Below are positions 37,201 to 47,791 of a stretch of DNA of 64,000 nt, piece by piece (position 1 is the first letter of the stretch; every line of letters begins with the position of its first letter). The notes under the pieces are model-generated. The model was not told where the DNA came from. It saw only the letters and a list, made by a program, of their open reading frames with translations, and did not search any database. A program made the translations under genes and the position numbers. Location of the stretch: contig NC_088858.1 in NCBI RefSeq assembly GCF_963853765.1, positions 8,680,001-8,744,000 on the forward strand, read 5' to 3'. Origin of the DNA: Magallana gigas. Lineage: Eukaryota.

Positions 37201-39867
37201 ACAGCCAAGCCGGCTGTATGGAATCATTTAAGAAATACGGAACCACGTGGTCATATAACTGTATAGACTCTTACCATCAGCTTAACAAAAGCAAAGAATG
37301 TTTAGGAATCAGTGGGGTCGAAAAAATAGGTAAGACAATAGGTGCCATATACTGTAGATAATCCTATTCTTTAACTTGTAATTTGAAGTTCATGTATTTT
37401 TAGAATATAAACTGTTTAACACTTCTCTAAACATGTTTGATTAATTAAGGAACGTGTTTAAGGATGAAACATGTGAAATGTTTTAGAGCTAAACATATTT
37501 TTACACTTTACTGAATGTTTTAATCATGTTTTATGAAAAGTCAAAAATACGACTTTTTTTTGTCATGATATCAATCTAACCTCTTTTGCATATTTATTTT
37601 CCTGAAGTATTGGTAGATTGATGAAAATATTTGAATTTCTTTTTCAGCTCCATATATCAAAGTAACTGATGTGTCTGACGACCAAGTTCTACAAAAAGGA
37701 GACAAACTAAATTTACACTGCAACTTCATATCTAATACTGACTATACCATTAAATGGTACAAGATCAGCAAGAATTCGTACATCTCTCGACCGGAGAAAA
37801 ACGAAGGTAACCAATTTGACAACGTTTCTTCCATGAAGCATAACCTTCAGATGATGCAATTTTAAATTCCATTCTAGCATTTTTGCCAAAGATAAAATTA
37901 CTCATGATCAGATACGTATCTGTCTGTGATGAAGATTCTTCTCTATACAAACAAATACAACGAAAAACTATATGATACGGTCGCACAGATAAAATGTAGA
38001 ATCAACATTTCTTATCAATTTTTAGTTGGAAGCGAGGAAAATTATGCAATAGGAAGCGTAAAGGACGCTGATGCTGGAGTGTATGTTTGTGAAGCTTCGA
38101 ACACCGCGGGAGTGACAGATTCAAGAAATATAACGGTGGACGTAGAATGTGAGTATTATCTGTAAACTCAAGCATTCCATGCGCATAAAAACAACCCGCA
38201 GAGGTACATGTCATACGCAAAACAAACGACTGTGCTCTGAAAGAGCGGCATTCCCTAAAAAATAATACATTATATGTTAAAAGATGAAGATTTCACCGCT
38301 GTGAAATGATAACCAAATTAGTTGATTCATTGTGGGCAATTTTTTTATTCTTCTGGTATTTCCCTTGTTTCTTGTGTGACATGCAATGAATGGAATGCTA
38401 TTAAATTAAGTAGGATTTTTTTTTTTGATTTAAAACAATCGTATTTAGCTAAGAAATGTGTCGCAGGATAAACAAACATAGTACACCTGCTATTTTTTTT
38501 TTCTTTTAGTCGCTCCTAAAGTGACCATTCAGCCAGAGGTGGCTCTAATGACCGGACTGGACATGATCCTTAAATGTGACGTTCAAGGAAATCCCCCGCC
38601 AATCGTCACATGGAGCAAAGGGACCAGAAAGTTGTCCACGGGGCGACAGATGCACACTAAATACTCTTTTACTTATACATTGAAACTAGCAGACATGAAT
38701 GTAGCCCATTTAGGAAAATATAACTGTTCTGCTACAAATATTCTAGGAAGTGACTTTGGAATAACATCAGTAAAAGGTAGATATATGAATTTTTCATGAA
38801 AACTAAATAAATATTTTTAAAGAGCAATAAGAGAACGGAATGAATGCAGTATTTTATACCATATTATACATTGTATTTCACTATCTCGCAAAAAATAAAA
38901 GTGGTCCATTATAGTTTGAAATAATTTGCTCTCACGTTAATTTAGGCATTTGGAATATTCCACCTTGGTTATATAGTTAACACTTGTATTGTCTCGTGAT
39001 TTTTATTAGATTATGGCAAACCAATGAAAGAATCAAAGCCAGAATTCGAAGTTATTTCATCAAATTCAACAACTAAAACAACACCACAAGACACTCAGCC
39101 AGAAACTCAGCCAAATAGGGAGAGCAGCACGGCGCAAATAGCTGGGGGTGAGTGGAGGACATACAGCGTATTGTTGTTTTGAAATGTTTAGAGCTACGTT
39201 TTACGAGTATTTTATTTATCTAAAGAACTGTGGCTCTACGGGAATTCCGGGTTGATGGACCTAGTGTGGGTTTTTTTTTAACTGTGCATCCCTTGCTAAA
39301 AATTTGAAGGGATGTAAATATCCACTTGAGATTCGATACTTAGGTGGCCGATGTGTTACGTTGGCCTTTTTTGTACGCCAAGTTATTACTAATTTTTTGT
39401 TTAGGGTAAAAAATGATTGCTAGGCAATAATTATTATATTATGATTATTCTAATCATGGATTAAGAATAATGGAAGGACAGTATTGACCATTTGTTTTTC
39501 ATGGATTTGCGAGAAAGTTTTAAAAATCTTCTTCTACGATGTATTTTCTTATAATCTAATGAAAATTTATTTTGAAAAAAAAAATGTGTCTAGGGCATTT
39601 ATACGTTTGGTTGAAACAAAGAACATGCAAATGCAAAAACCAGGCGCCATGGCTTATTTCTTTATTCGATTTTTGTTTGCATGCCATAAAAGATAGGATA
39701 TTATGCAATACGTAAATGTGCAATTGCTTTGACCATTAACATATTTTTATTTGTATTTTGCAGAAAAATCGAGAGAGAGCCAGGCTGTTACGAATCAATG
39801 TCAGACTTCATATTTGTTCTTCTCTTTATTACTAACTATATTTACAATGAAAGTATTACATCACTAA
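19819..39867 (+). CDS. Secreted, probably GPI-anchored Ig-superfamily protein with an internal Frizzled cysteine-rich domain (SP-Ig3-Fz-Ig2-stalk-GPI), ~697 aa
   Basis: Exons 19819-19876, 34274-34365, 34800-35001, 35360-35506, 35951-36076, 36432-36731, 36952-37329, 37648-37806, 38026-38148, 38510-38776, 39010-39147, 39764-39867. All are GT-AG with compatible phases; total 2094 nt with no internal stop. Ig motifs (L-x-C, W, Y-x-C) occur 5 times. The 36952-37329 exon has the 10 Cys of a Fz CRD (FLCGTYFPPC). N-terminus MFYPQQMLSVIIAGFISVKA|Q; hydrophobic C-terminus YLFFSLLLTIFTMKVLHH*. Exon 1 lies 14.4 kb upstream (Kozak GACCATG, donor GTAAGT) and is the least certain join. Confidence 0.85.
24310..24372. 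repeat. (TA)n microsatellite abutting the 3' end of the Penelope-like element
   Basis: Pure TA run directly followed by AAACGAATAAGTCC, which is also found inside the element at ~28527. Confidence 0.95.
24458..24497 (-). ncRNA. Minimal type-I hammerhead ribozyme (copy 1, 3' pseudo-LTR)
   Basis: Minus strand reads AATCCA-CTGAAGA-GCC-GATCA-GGC-GAAA-GCGC-TC-TGGATT: core CUGANGA and GAAA, helix I AATCCA/TGGATT, helix II GCC/GGC, palindromic helix III AGCGCT, CUC cleavage triplet. Confidence 0.9.
24581..24945. mobile_element. 365-bp MITE (possibly PIF/Harbinger-like) inserted in the 3' pseudo-LTR of PLE copy 1
   Basis: TIR GGGTGCTTTCCATTTA / TAAATGGAAAGCGCCC (16 bp, 1 mismatch, imperfect to ~30 bp). 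The empty site GTAAACAAT|ATTTGGAG is seen at ~28726-28742. No clean TSD (3 extra T on the right). Confidence 0.85.
25082..27409 (-). CDS. Penelope-like reverse transcriptase + Cys-rich linker + GIY-YIG endonuclease (intact ORF2, likely reached by -1 frameshift from ORF1)
   Basis: ORF track gives 757 aa from a GTG at 27355, but the frame is open up to ~27445. PLE N-terminal motif IINISSRDLT..LLEKGLKFTPTP; RT motifs SFDVTSLY, GTAMG, RYLDD; linker CEDSRCGTC; endonuclease IIYCMTCNGCGENYIGQT, then H..H of the CCHH motif. Confidence 0.95.
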   Translation of the reverse strand, partial: FFVERTVSQRSSQNTQSQVALSQREDTDIDPHIINISSRDLTEIEIKLLEKGLKFTPTPQRNTTDLIKDTEEFCRKLRLMEFFQDSDSTDVSLVKNRSKFKPNPNRDKHLEEYIHCLKSAAHTNESNVPVKNNICSQVRNAIQSLIEDDSIIIKQADKGGTIVILDKEHYNKLILEQLNDGHFYREIEECEVSKTMNKIKRFTKKFENHLTEKEMDYLVNFETKNSNFYGLPKIHKSKELKDGMEKINSSYIKLPQPGDLKLRPIVAGPSCPTQRLSNLIDIILKPLCNTIPSFIRDDMDFLNHLPKTVENNTTLVSFDVTSLYTNIPHNLGLEAISFWMDKQGHQIDQRFPKEFILEGLQLILENNHFFFDDKYYLQIKGTAMGTKVAPTYATLVLGFLEEKMYAETHEIFGDDFANYIKNQWKRYLDDCFIFWNRSRDDLLNFHKLLNDLHENIQFTIETNEKELPFLDVLIIKENTNISTDLFYKKTDSHQYLLFNSCHPAHTKRNIPFNMARRICTIVSNEERRNKRLEELKTFLCRQKYPDGLVAEAIRNAKQVPISELRKFNREKTPGNSSTEILFVVTYNPRNHNIFDTTRHCLPILHQSKILKDIIKEKNLIYSRRQPPNLKKLLTRAKFTSTKEIFRVSKCEDSRCGTCAYIQTGQTISFKNGTVFKVNSNMNCKSKNIIYCMTCNGCGENYIGQTGTKLAYRVRVHKQQIRDPSVRNTPCSEHFDMCGRGRFEIFPFYKVREESDQLRLAKEQYFIKKFKPKLNR
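27400..28506 (-). CDS. PLE ORF1: 368-aa protein with N-terminal coiled coil and basic, low-complexity C-terminus
   Basis: Uninterrupted ORF. First AUG downstream of the ribozyme is at 28506 (MKRMTQTRSKS). Heptad-like LEEITSKIANLDTKVGILSELCVKLEDKL; R/S/Q/N/H-rich tail. Function is inferred only. Confidence 0.8.
   Translation of the reverse strand: MKRMTQTRSKSTNNHDNVLEEITSKIANLDTKVGILSELCVKLEDKLNSCDGKLDTIISQYNFGFEKGVFQSCLNDDNLPRTNVDILLENRNIFDSQSEVFKKKKELISEWNNLLNQRKQAYWNAIRSEHLANTYKQWKQGENIILPMKYRVKSVRNEPEEETKIKVNLALQKMEAEITLLRIRIPKYKTKYDKCDKDIQNIIEQRIDGEIKDQLKDLWQKEISREAAKSEQILDKKRKWLEEYEKTYGSETVKSKHKPKQERKQNSSKQEQTAKQQEKQLTGRTYADVVGTTGHQKNDTRRLNRGHSSNNTRHTSPQTRKSQSPAHGPTRHSHTNERQQNEDRSRSERSNSDSYQNHQQNTNPNHFL
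28612..28651 (-). ncRNA. Minimal type-I hammerhead ribozyme (upstream pseudo-LTR), helix II variant GCC/GGT
   Basis: Same motif as 24458-24497, but the plus strand reads CTTTCACCTGATCGGC, turning the G-C pair next to the core into G.U. Confidence 0.85.
28868..30178 (-). pseudogene. 5'-truncated, disrupted PLE RT-EN copy 2
   Basis: Near-identical to copy 1 from FWMDKQ onward. 7-bp deletion at ~30068, TGT>TGA at 29007-29009, extra T at ~28892-28899. Confidence 0.9.
30175..32065 (+). pseudogene. 5'-truncated inverted PLE RT-EN copy 3
   Basis: Starts at EDDSIIIK (~aa 128 of ORF2). An A>T change creates TAA at 30347-30349; the remaining 566-aa frame is open to 32065. Confidence 0.9.
32282..32321 (+). 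ncRNA. Minimal type-I hammerhead ribozyme (copy 3)
   Basis: AATCCA(32282-87) CTGAAGA(32288-94) GCC GATCA GGC GAAA(32306-09) GCGC TC TGGATT(32316-21); predicted cleavage after C32315. Confidence 0.9.
32347..32482. other. Assembly gap (136 N)
   Basis: Run of N. Confidence 1.
32483..33044. mobile_element. ~560-bp MITE with ~100-bp TIRs, each TIR containing its own hairpin
   Basis: 32483-32585 is the reverse complement of ~32937-33039 with few mismatches. Each arm has CTGTAGCTCCC...GGGAGCTACAG. Right terminus GAGCTACAGTCCTG; the left few bases are in the gap. Confidence 0.9.
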
Positions 39868-40045
39868 CAATCTATACATGAAATTATTCCACAAGTGCCA
39901 TATATTACACAAATATCACGTCCTTCGTGCGTTGTACAAATTTTTATCTAATTTAATCATTACGATTTTTGCATAGTTAATGCATTGCATAAAAATATAT
40001 GAAGTATTAGATATGGTCGTTCATACATGTACTTGTACAATCATT

Positions 40046-40168
40046 CTGTCATGTTGTAAATTTTGGATTTACCGAGTGTACGTAAATACAAAATGTACAA
40101 GTTAGTTGTCATGTTGTAAATTTTGTATTTACTGCCACCAGGTAAATTCAAAATTTACAACATGACAG
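40046..40168. repeat. 123-bp miniature inverted-repeat element just 3' of the Ig-Fz gene stop
   Basis: Perfect 20-bp IR CTGTCATGTTGTAAATTTTG (40046-40065 / 40149-40168), extending to 29 bp with 1 mismatch, plus an internal direct copy at ~40108. Confidence 0.75.
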
Positions 40169-41678
40169 TTCATTAAGTATAAGCTACATTGCATTGTATA
40201 CATTGCTTAATCAGAACGAAATACTCATCTGTAAATATTACATTAGAAAAATATTATTTTGTCATGTTCCTTTTCATTCATGAAATGTTTTTCAGTTTAA
40301 ACCAAGGTCCAAGTTGTGCCTACATTGTCCATTTGACTGTTCATTATACTGTTTACTATCTACATGTATACAAACCAAAACAATAGCCATATGCATGTAT
40401 TCCTTTTTCACCATCTGCCATATTTATACGACTGTGATGCTATTCAGTTTATAAAATGATTTTATTTTTGTCCTTTAACTTGTATCATTTTGTATATATA
40501 CCATGAATTGTTTTACATTTGTATATCCTAAAGGGTATTATTCGTCAACGTATTGATGAAATGTTTAGAAGCAATTTAGTTTAAGTCAGTACTCACTTAA
40601 TGTCATTCATGCATGTATGTAAAGAAAACAAATTTGGAATGTCAGATTCATTAAGCATTTCTTGTGGAGTTACAAAATTCTTAATATTAAATCTTTTAAA
40701 AAGTCTTCCATTATGAGTTTGTATTTTCTCATTATATATCACAAGAGTTTATCAAATCCCAAATATTGCGTCATTGAAAATTATATATAAAGCATATCCA
40801 CCTTCCGAATCGCTCATATTTTGAAAATAGTACATGAATATGTCGAATTCTCATGTTAGGATTTGTTACAGGCCCGTAGTGCAAAAACTACACTAATATG
40901 AAACGAAATATAAATTCGATTTTTATTTTAATTCATGCAAACAGTTCTTCGAATTAATTCGATTTTTTTTCCTTTCCTAATTGTAAAGAAAAAAGAAATG
41001 AATGAATACCGGTAATCACTTTCTTATTATAAATGTAGATTACGTACATAAACTACTATCCAGTTCTCATTATCTACTTTCTTCGGAAAAAAATACCAAC
41101 GGTGATGTTGATTGTTTCGGAACACCCGACCCCCTTCATAAAATAAGCAAATGAATATTATCCTCGGTCTCCATTCTACTTTCTACATTAGTTTTGATTT
41201 CAAATTTTTTAAATATATTTATAACTATCTGTTTAGACGCTAGCAATAGGTTCGTTAAAAAAAAAACCCACGTAAATATAAATTAGAATTAAAGACATGT
41301 CATAATTTGGAATGCTAATACTAGTACATAATGAATAAACTAAGATTTTATAACGAGAAGATATACACGTATTGCTTTGCAACTGCGTAAATACATTGAA
41401 GTGTAGGTACTTGTGTGAAAATCCTTGAGTGACGTATGTCACTGGTTACAAGCATAGTATATGTTACATACATTATAGTACAACAGTGCAGTTTTCCGGG
41501 ACTAGTCGTATTTTCATGATATAGCTTACATTAGGATTTTCACCTTGAACTAGGCGGTGATAAGGGGCGTTTTATCAAACAACTAAAAACAAATGTCAGC
41601 CCATTATCGCCAAATGCAGGTTTAGTGGACATTAAGAGGAGCGAATTAACTTTGAAAGCTGCATCGACAGTTTGAAAA

Positions 41679-43459
41679 ATGTCTGGCACACGAGTTCTTG
41701 TAGCCATGGATGGCAGTGAAAATTCCGCTATGGCGTTGAAATGTGAGTATAAACCTTGTCTTCTCGTATTTTATTGTGAGACATGTTAAACTGTATGCTA
41801 ATACGTGCATACATGATGTATGCAAAACATTTTTATATAAAGGACAAAAATCTATGGCAGGTGCTCGTTCTAATTCTAATTGCCATCAAACAAGGCATCG
41901 CAAATTAGGACAAATCGTGATTAGATTTAGATATGAAGATTGACATTTGAAAAAGTTTTTAACTTATATATTGTAAAAACTCTCTGAAAACATGATTCAT
42001 GTGGAGTAATAATTTCAAACGGCCTTTGTTCGTGTTATCTTATCCTTGGTCAAGATTGTTTATGAATGAACATTTTTAAATAAGAAATAGAAAATACAAA
42101 ACACACCATGGGGGGAAAGCCGGTATAAATAGTATCTTTATCTGACTTACTCGGCACTTGTATACGATAAATGATCCTACAGTCACGTTCAATTACCTCT
42201 GCGAATCATCAACTACTCCAACGAACAGAAACATGCGGTTTTTATTCTCATCCGCTGAGTATATTATGTGTAAAACCCTGTTTTCCAAAAATTAAAATAA
42301 GTTAAATTCATTTTTCTCACGCCCTAAAGTATAGCTAACTTTACACATGATTTTTCTTTTTTTTAAAGAATTTTCAATGGTGTACTATTTCTATGTTCAT
42401 ATAAATATTTATCTCCTGAATCTGTTAGAGTCATTACACGGCATATATTGTGCATATTTTGACTTCGAAATGATTGACAACTGTCTGGTGTTTTCAGATT
42501 ACGTGGAGAGTATTCACAAGCCAGGGAACTATGTGATACTGGCTCACTGTGCAGAGTACCTGAACCTTAACTATGGAAGTATGTACACATATAATATACA
42601 CCATAAATACCACAGGACTAAACGCCTTATCAATCTGTCATTTACTTGCAAATCATTCCAATCATGATTGGAGCATGTTGTTTCCAGTTCTTTGATGGTC
42701 GTCTAATTTGTGTTAGTGAAAAATATTTCCCATGTAGCAAACAGTTACTTGACCAAATTAGCGGAAGGCGGATGTAATGTAATGATATCCCGTACATACT
42801 CTTTTTCTGAGTGCCATCCTGTTATATGGTTACAAAGATACACTGCGATTGACGTGCACTGATTTTGGTTTGCAGTGGTTTCGTTGTCCCAGGCAGACCC
42901 TTCCGTAGTGGAGAGAACAATAAACGAGGAGGAAAAACGAATCCACACCCTCATCGAGCATTTGAACAATATTCTAAAAACTCACAATGTAAGTCACCCC
43001 CTTTTTCAACTTCACATGATTTTCAAAAATATTTTTTTATGATCTAGTTACATGTACCTATTCACTAGTATTTAGATAATGGTACATGTAACCGTCAGTC
43101 TTTTCTTCATAGAATTTTAGCCAAAGACATTATTTTACATATATTAGAAGGAAAAAGGGAAGTTAAGGTGGTTAATGATACCATGTATATCAAATGTTCC
43201 TAAATTATCATTAAGAAAGAGACAACCTACGTTTCAGATGACGGGAGAAGTAGTCCGGATACAGGGAGGTGATCCGGGTCACCAGATTGTGGAAAAAACC
43301 AAAGAGATGAACGTGGATTTCCTAGTAACCGGGTCACGTGGTCTGGGGAAGCTCCGGCGGACGTTGATGGGGAGTGTCAGTGATTACCTGGTTCATCACG
43401 CCCACATCCCTGTCATGGTGTACAAACATACGGACAAGGTGCACGACAAACACCAGTGA
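41679..43459 (+). CDS. Universal stress protein A-like (USP copy 1), 159 aa
   Basis: Exons 41679-41742, 42498-42578, 42876-42988, 43238-43459 (480 nt, in frame). VLVAMDGSENS; VILAHC; ATP-binding motif VTGSRGLGKLRRTLMGSVSDYLVHHAHIPV. Confidence 0.92.
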
Positions 43460-43716
43460 ACAAACCGTGGGTGTGTCTGTGTATGTGCGAGTGTGTCTGC
43501 GTATGTGTGAATCAGTGTGTAATAAGTGTGTATAAAGTACTGTGTAAAGTGCGTAGTATTTGACTGCTGTCTTCCAGATTTCCAAGTGGTTGTGATGTTA
43601 AATTATCCAAAATTGAAAACACATGCTTATATCATTGTTAGATGCAAGATAAGCCAATAAAAAATGATAAAAGACTTCATGATTGCACTCATGTAGTACG
43701 AGGTGCCATACATGTT

Positions 43717-43877
43717 TATACAAGGAATAAGTAATCATTCTTTGAGTATTATGAGGTGATCAAATACGCCGGGAGAGATCAAATCCAATAACGCCCGAAG
43801 GGTGTTGTGATAGATTTTAAAATATTTGATCACCACATAATGTCCAAAGATTCAAAGAATAATTCCTTGTAACTTAT
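43717..43877. repeat. Imperfect foldback repeat with central CCCGAAGGG loop
   Basis: AAGGAAT..TTCTTTGAGTATTATGAGGTGATCAAATA pairs imperfectly with TATTTGATCACCACATAAT..TCAAAGAA..ATTCCTT. Confidence 0.6.
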
Positions 43878-44640
43878 ATTTAAATTATTTTCAGTAACTG
43901 TACGACTAAATATTTATAGTCATTCATGAACTGTATTGGAATATACATTACAAAATCGATTTGTACTGCTATCTAAGACAAAGACACTGGAAAATGTAAG
44001 GATGTATTTTTACGACAAACGTATAATAATATTTTCCTAAATTATGTGTTTGATTGGAGACTTTATTCAACGTTTTTGCAGAATTATAAAAAATGAGGGT
44101 GTGAGGGTCTCTGTGACGTCTGTATGCCTGTCCATGCCACATTTCTAAACACTCTATATCTCTCATTCCTGTAATGTGATATATCAAACGACATTAACAA
44201 ATAATATTTTGTTCTGCTCTTTAAAAAACCACTTAACTATATATCCTTGTTTACACACCGAATAATTTTTAGCCGGGCTCTCCTGGCTATAGGCAGGCAA
44301 ATCGCCAATGATACTATAAATACCACAAATAAACAAAAAACCAAACAGCGTCAAGGTAAAGCTTCCGCTATACCAAATAGATACACAAAGAACCACGTTT
44401 TGTCAAAAGTGTTGGCATTTTGTTTCTTTACTATGCATTTTGGACACATACAATGCGCATGAATTTCCATGAACTACTTTGCTGCGCGATGAAGAAACGG
44501 GGATTGAATATATAATGCTTGTTGCAAAATTCAAGGCAGCAACTGTTGAACTTTTTAACTTCTACTAGACAGACATATTTTTTGTTTATAGCCGCTTACA
44601 AAATTTGGTCGCTCTCTGATGCTTTGCCGACATTAAAAGC

Positions 44641-44674
<34 letters not shown>

Positions 44675-45498
44675 TTTTCAGTCTTTACTACACAATATGC
44701 ATAAAGACACACCAAAAGAGCCCGGCTTTCAGTACTTCAGTACTTTGATTATTGCTAGCGCTCTCGAGCGCTAGCAACCACGCTAGTCTTTTTCACTGGA
44801 ATACGCATGCTCGACTCCATAGTAGGGGATTCTGGGAATATCGTACTTCTACAGACAAACTGTACCATTTGAATTTCGTTTTATCATCTTCATATTAAGT
44901 TTTGTGTTTGATTGTAAATGTCAAAAAGTAACAGTAGCTTAGGTCTTATAATGCAAGGTTATTTTAAATATTATAATAAAAATAAATGTCTTATCTTAAA
45001 TTCCTTCAAGCTCGAAAAGCAACCTCGGATCTGTTTTCCGAGCTTGCCGGAAAGGCCCGAGAATATACGATTGCTACAAAACAGTACCAATGGTTCTTGA
45101 AAATGTTCACCTCGAAATTGAAATTATAGTAGATATATAATAATTAAGGCACAGTCAATAAGTTATGCCATTGCCGATGTGAAGCTCACTCTAAAATCAC
45201 AATTCTAAATCTAAATCGATTCAGTTTAAATCAATGTTTTCGAAATCTGCTTCTGTGTTTTATGATGGCTACAGCGCTAGCTCACCAATCTTTTTAAAAG
45301 ATAAGCTTGTAGAGAAATTACCGTATTCAAAGTCAAATACTAATATTAACATTTTTGTGAATTGTTCCACAAATATTAAAACTATATGTTAAACTTAGCA
45401 ACCTGTTAAACTTATCCAACTAAATCTTACACCGTAAAATATGATGCTGCAAATAACATCGTTGGATTCAAAAGGGATCTATACACGATATCAGCTCA

Positions 45499-45909
45499 CA
45501 CTGGCGTCGGAAGCAAATTGAAAGTGGGGGGGCTAAACTAATCCTCAGAAATATTGAGAAAAAAGTAATTCCCAAAATCATGGAAATCCTAATCCGTGGG
45601 GGGGGGGGGGGGGGGGTTGAGGGGAGTATACCTATACTTCCAAAAAAAAAAAATACTTACCCAAATTTTTTTCCGCAAAATCATGAAATTCCTAATCCGG
45701 GGGGGGGGGGGGGGGGGGGGGCGCTAGTATGCTTCTGAATCCAACTTCTCAATCTTTCAAGGTACATTTTGGAACAATAATCTTTCCTGCGAGGAAAAAG
45801 TGGGGGGCTGAACCCTCTATCCTGCTATGTTTCTAATGGTTAGGTATAACTTTGCAAAAAAAGTGGGGGGGCTAAGCCCCCCCTAGCCCCCCCGGTTCCG
45901 ACGCCTATG
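45499..45909. mobile_element. 411-bp MITE with poly-G tracts
   Basis: TIR CACTGGCGTCGGAA / TTCCGACGCCTATG (2 mismatches); flanked by a 5-bp direct repeat GCTCA (45494-45498, 45910-45914). Confidence 0.75.
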
Positions 45910-46436
45910 GCTCAACATTTCAAATTTTATTTTTCCGTTTTTAATGTTAAGAGTGGTTAGTATGGGTGCTTTTAAATTTTTAAATTCAATTTGAAAGTCA
46001 TATATTGAGTAAAAGCAAAATAAAGAGTTCGAAACTATTTGTTCCGTAAACAAAACTTGACTTTTGTTATAATGCATAGGTGTTGTATTGGTATAACTTT
46101 AATCAAATGTTGCTATCTTCTGTTGATAATATTATTTTGTCAAAGAAATAGTAATTTCTTTACTTTACATTATTTGTAAACAAATAAAAGACTCGAGTTT
46201 TCTTTACATAACAATTAATTCTTACCTTTGTGTCTCTCTCTCGTATCTTCTAACAGTCAAATTTTTGTCAATCATTCAAAATGCAGAAGTAAACCATTTT
46301 ATGCATAAAAAATAAATTTTTGATTGTTTCTAGGTTTCTTTATTATCTATATTAAATAAATGTAGGAAAAATATCACTGCACATAGCATGTGAATGTATC
46401 AGTGAAATATATGCTGTACTAGTATAGCATTTAAAA

Positions 46437-46700
46437 AACAAGAGGCCCAGGGGCCCCGTCATTCACCTGAGTAACATTACCCTATTCAAATGGATTGCTC
46501 CATACATTTTAAAAGGGCTTTGACGATTGAACTGCAAAAAATAATATTTGCCATAGCTTAGTAATAATGAATTTTCAAAGAATAATATCTCTTTAATTCT
46601 TTATCGAGGAGACATGAACCATTGACCTCTGACCTTAACGATTATTTCAAGGTCACCTTGAATCGCAGTTTCTCCTTTACCGAGGTTTGCCGATGTTGAT
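46437..46700 (-). mobile_element. HINE/Helentron-type relic (terminus only clear)
   Basis: AACAAGAGGCCCAGGGGCCCCGTCATTCACCTGAGT is the reverse complement of a variant of the terminus at 748-783; TGACCTCTGACC motif follows. Inner boundary uncertain. Confidence 0.55.
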
Positions 46701-47266
46701 ATTATAGAGGCAATTAGAAAGAATTGATTTCTTCTGGCTACTAAAATAGACACAAGACTTTGATATGTATTTTTACAGCCATGTGCAACATCGTTCTAGA
46801 TATCACATCCTACATGAGTTTTAAGGTTTCAAAGTTTTGATTACCGTAAATCAAACCTCAAACCCATTTTTTCATGGGCTCAATTGTTAATGTAAATTTG
46901 AACAGTAGACCGTTCTTGTTCTTTTTTTCCTTTGCCCATATTTGACACCGAAGAAGAAAACAATCAAGAAAAAAATCGAAGAATTTGTCTCTTTCTCCTT
47001 AATGCTAGTAATTGAAAATGGTTATGATAATTTAATTAATACATGTTCCATGATTAAAAAAAAAACTCAATTTTTTCATGAACAATCAGTCTGTAATGTA
47101 TATTTTTTCTTTTTAGAATGAGTATACCACGATACAATTTCAATACTTATAAACTGTTTCTCCACTCAACTTTTAATATATGACACGTGCTCCCAGACTT
47201 CAGAGAGATAGATTTTAATGTAGACATCAACGAATGGCACATCTGGTCAGAAAGCGCAGGGGTCCA

Positions 47267-47392
47267 GGCCCCGGGGCCATAAAAGTTAGATGAGCTCACT
47301 TTTGATCTCAGTCTCACTTTTACAAAAGGAATATATGGTGAAAAAGACTGAGATCAAAAGTGAGCTCGTCTAAGTTTTATGGCCCCTGGGCC
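47267..47392. mobile_element. 126-bp foldback MITE ~400 bp upstream of USP copy 2
   Basis: ~48-bp arms GGCCCCGGGGCCATAAAAGTTAGATGAGCTCACTTTTGATCTCAGTCT with 3 mismatches; a diverged half copy at ~49075-49120. Confidence 0.8.
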
Positions 47393-47791
47393 AGAAATTC
47401 CACAACAAAGACCTATCTAAAAAGAACGAAATGTTTAATGTTCGTTTCGGTAAACAGAATAATGTCGTAATTTACCTTCCTCTGACATGAAGGGGTAGTA
47501 TTCAACAAGGCACGTTTAAATACCAAACTGAAGTAAAAAATGCATAATGGTTGTCCACTAAAGAAAATATTATAAAAAGTGTCAATCTGATTTTGACAAA
47601 CTTTTCAAGGTCTATACACCCCTCCCGTTTCCTCTACCATAGTGACCCGGATATGTTTGTTACAGACGTTCAAATTACAGACTTTCAAATCGAGCGGATA
47701 TTTACTGATTTATGGCAAACGATGTCGTTAGATAACAGATAACATTGTTTATCATTTCAATAATTGTCGGGGTTGTAGGAAGGATACAACA

